Shown: piece after piece, positions 14,344 to 17,095 of the stretch
How the letters are laid out: every line of letters begins with the position of its first letter
How positions within the stretch are numbered: position 1 is the stretch's first letter
The notes under the pieces: generated by a model
Told to the model about the DNA's origin: nothing
Databases searched by the model: none
What the model saw: the letters and a program-made list of their open reading frames with translations, nothing else
Origin: Paramoeba atlantica
Lineage: Eukaryota; Protista; Discosea
Length of the DNA stretch: 17,095 nt
Direction: 5' to 3'
NCBI GenBank assembly: GCA_977017575.1
Contig: CDRNVI010000242.1
Location: 1 to 17,095, forward strand
Program-made: the position numbers and the translations under genes

Positions 14344-16846
14344 CGGGTTCCTTCCAGGGGGGCCTAATTAGTCTTTTTGGGCCTAATTAGGCTCCTGTTT
14401 GTTGGCCAAAATAAAGCACATTTTTGAACTTTTTTTTTTTTTGACTTTCTTTTGTGTTTCTTTGAGGTTTTTTCTTGATTTTCATCACAATGCCTTTCTC
14501 AGAAAGTCTGAATGAAAAAAGTTACAGTGGTGAGAAAAATGAGTTCTGGATCAACTTCTCCAAGAATTGAAGAATTGAAGGAGGATACTATTTGGTTCTG
14601 CAAAGCTGTGAACCTTTGCCCTTCTCATCTTCTAAGGAAACATTTTGGTGACCAATATCAAGGAGCATCTCTCTCTTCACTCAGGGTGAAAAGGGTGGAA
14701 CTTCAGAACTATGACAGGAAATCTCAGATGGTAGTTTTGCTTCATTCTCCTGTCTTCCAGAATGATTACCTTCTGGCTCTCCCTGAAAATTTGAAGTTTG
14801 TTGGAGAAGCGGATGTCTCAGAGGGTTGTGGGACTTCAACTCATCCATCTTCATCTTCATCATCCTCTTCTGGCTCAGGAGGATCAAGTTCTGGTTCATC
14901 CCAGGCATCAACAACCTCTGTGCCTGTTTTGGGCTCATCTGATACTGATGATGAAGATACTGAATCTTGCTCTGATATTGAGGAGGAAGGGGAAGACAAT
15001 GCAGCAGAACTCGTTGAAAATGATCTTTCCTTTGTGTTTCTGAGTCGTCTTCCTCAACAACTGATGCTCGTGCTGTGATAGGAGCACAAGACTTCAAGGC
15101 CTGTACAAGAATTCGCTTTGATGCTGTTTATGTCCCCACTCCCCTCGATATTTTTCTCCAAGTTCTGCCTCTAACCTTTCTAAAAACTGATGTGCTGAAA
15201 GCAACAAAAATGAGTTTAACCATTCTTTGAACTTCACTGAAGCTGAAATGCTTGATTTTATTGCCTTGTGCCAGATTATGTCTTTCTACCCAGGACATAA
15301 AAGAAGGGATTTTTTTCGAATTTCAAAGGATTCAGCTGGATCTTCCTTGTGTGGTACACTGCCTTATCTTGGGAAATATATCAGTAGAAATCAGTTTGAT
15401 ATGATTGTCTCCTCTCTTAAACTTGCTCCTCTCTCTGCAAAACCCTCTTACACAGACCGTATGTGGGAAATTCAACCCCTGATTGCTGCTTTTAACGAGA
15501 AGATGAAGACCATCTTTGTTCCAAGTTGGCAGGTCTGTCTGGATGAGTCTATGGTGGTGTGGTTCTGTAAATGGGCTCCTGGTTGGATGTTTGTTCAGAA
15601 GGAACCTCATCCTTTTGGAAATGAATATCATACAATTGGTTGTGGGGAGACTAGAGTGATATTCTTTCTTGAAATTGTGGAAGGAAAGTCCCATCCTTCT
15701 GAAATGGGCCTGCCCAAGTTTCAACCTCCATCTGGTTCTGGAGCGAAAACTGTTGGTTTAATGCTTAGAATGACTGAGGGAATTTGGGGAACTGGTCGAG
15801 TAGTTGCTTTGGATAGTGGTTTTTGTGTGTTGGAAGGTTGTATTCAACTTCTTTGAGAAGGGATTGTATTGTACTTCAGTTGTGAAGAAAAAACGATATT
15901 GGCCCAAAGGAATTCCAGGGGAAGAGATTGTTGCACACCTCAAGGAGAAGGAACCTGGTTATGTGTGAAAGTGAAGAAAGGATCTCTGAGAGGTTATAAA
16001 TTCTATGTGGAGGCTTTCCAAGATGTTCATCACTCTTCTATAATGATTAATACCTGGGGAACTTCTTTTCCCACTGGTTGCCCACGAAATTGCAAGCTTG
16101 AAGGCCAAAGACTCTCCCTGTGATATACTCAGCCTCTTGACTTTTACTATCAAACCAGGCATTGTGTGGATGATCACAACCAACTGAGGCAAGGTTCTCT
16201 CTCCTTGGAGAGTTCCTGGAAGACCAAAAAATGGGTCCACAGGCAGTTTGCTTTCATTCTTGTAGTTGTGGAAGTCAATGCCTTCCTCATATTTCAGCAC
16301 TTTTTCCCCCAAGCCAAAGAGCTCTCCTTTGCAGAATTTCGTTTTGAGGTTGCCCAAGGTTTACTCTCTCAGAATCATCCCTTGGATGAAGGCTATAACC
16401 TGCGAATACCACTCCCAACTCGTGTAGAACATCATCTGATGATCAAGCCCAACTTTGCTGGAGTTTGGTGAAATGGTAATTGGACTGAAGCCAGACAAGA
16501 GTACCAGAAGAGTAGATGCAATAGGACAAATTGTACAAAGAAAGTTCAAACCTATTGCTCCTGTGATCAAACACTCATTTTTTGTTCAGGTTGCTTTGCT
16601 GACCATATGAGCAGGCACATGACTGAGGATTAATTAGTCCTTTTGAAAAATGATGTTTTTTTTTTTTTGGTGACTCAATTTTTTTTTTCAAAAAACAATA
16701 TTTGGACAAATATTTCTTGATATTCTTGTTTAAAAGATCTTTATTAAAAAGTTTATCAAAAAAAATCTCCCCTCCACCCACCAGTGGCTTCAAAAAAAGA
16801 GTCAAAAATAGGGACCTAATTAGTCTTTTGGCCTGAAAGGAACCTG
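14344..16846 (+). mobile_element. piggyBac-like DNA transposon (~2.5 kb), decayed, with non-TTAA flanks
   Basis: 15-bp TIRs at 14344-14358 (CGGGTTCCTTCCAGG) and 16832-16846 (13/15 identical, both differences are transitions). Flanks are ATAT and ATTT. Subterminal CTAATTAG-core repeats; internal DDD transposase remnant. Confidence 0.85.
14512..16633 (+). pseudogene. piggyBac-family DD(D) transposase with a C-terminal Cys-rich domain; at least 4 frameshifts plus premature stops; start uncertain
   Basis: Motifs: CLDESM (D at 15542), KEPHPFGNEYHT, ALDSGF (D at 15812), KKKRYWPKGIPGEEI (shifted frame), RHCVDDHN (D at 16169), WVHRQFAF. The tail is CNRTNCTKKVQTYCSCDQTLIFCSGCFADH. In-frame TGA at 16121 and 16469; terminal TAA at 16631-16633. 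Confidence 0.92.
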
Positions 16847-17095
16847 ATTTTCTGGAGAGTTTAACAATTTTATTTGTTTTTTTTCTGGTTTTTCTGGTTT
16901 TTTCTTTTTTTCTGGTTTTTCCTTTTCTTTTGGAAGATGGTGAAACATTTCTCCCAGAGTCTCACAGTTTTTGTGCTGTGTGTGGTTCACATATCTCAGA
17001 TCAATCTTTCTCTTTGGTACAAAAAGGCTGGAGATGCTGCTGTTGGTGAAGTCTCCTCTTTGCCCTGTTCCTTTGCATACTTCTTGAGTACTTTC

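Larger units (their letters stand above)
10742..16870 (+). pseudogene. Intron-rich leucine-rich-repeat (plant-type LRR) pseudogene, interrupted by the piggyBac-like element; boundaries approximate
   Basis: Short AG/GT-bounded islands between polypyrimidine tracts translate to LRR-like motifs: DLSDNTLRG.VPLEIENL (11324-11391), LLADNYLSG.MPVEL (11742-11817), YFSKNSFT*PL (12131-12186), FSG...MTSSKKTYTLSGYKFSN*HPESMK (~13924-14022), LTGSI (14163-14177), and LHNLIRFILVNNI (14301-14339) joining FSGEF (16848-16862). Many stops and frameshifts. Confidence 0.7.

Noticed and set aside
4743-16471. UGA read-through or an alternative genetic code to explain in-frame TGA codons
   Set aside because: The same ORFs also carry frameshifts and TAG/TAA stops, and the intact RT ORF has no internal TGA and ends in one. 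CGA>TGA decay is simpler.
1-17095. CRISPR array, or prokaryotic origin of the window
   Set aside because: No constant repeat with unique spacers. The eukaryotic LSU and tRNA features, Pol III terminators, intron-like tracts and eukaryotic transposons all indicate nuclear DNA.
16930-17095. Cys-containing segment (FCAVCGSH...) as a zinc finger or continuation of the LRR gene
   Set aside because: Too short, truncated by the window end, and without a complete metal-binding pattern.

Overview
Eukaryotic, probably protist, genomic DNA; the species cannot be determined from the sequence. It runs from the 3' end of an LSU (26S/28S) rRNA gene through three same-strand tRNA genes (Gly-TCC, His-GTG, elongator Met-CAT) into a region of layered transposons and pseudogenes. 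The main element is an apparently intact, young DIRS1-type tyrosine-recombinase retrotransposon (about 5688-10057). It has ITRs, a right extension, an ICR, Gag, RT/RNaseH/Dam-like MT and an overlapping YR ORF. Around it are: (i) a 1.1-kb IS-sized PIF/Harbinger/IS5-like DDE element (3166-4273; about 50-bp TIRs, AAA TSD) inserted into an older decayed ORF; (ii) a cryptic, intron-rich, plant-type LRR pseudogene (about 10742-16870) that the ORF track misses; and (iii) a decayed piggyBac-like element with non-TTAA ends (14344-16846) inserted into an LRR exon. CpG content rises with inferred youth of the elements, which suggests methylation-driven C>T decay. Most short ORFs in the supplied track are low-complexity artefacts. 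All family assignments come from motifs read by eye; no searches were run.
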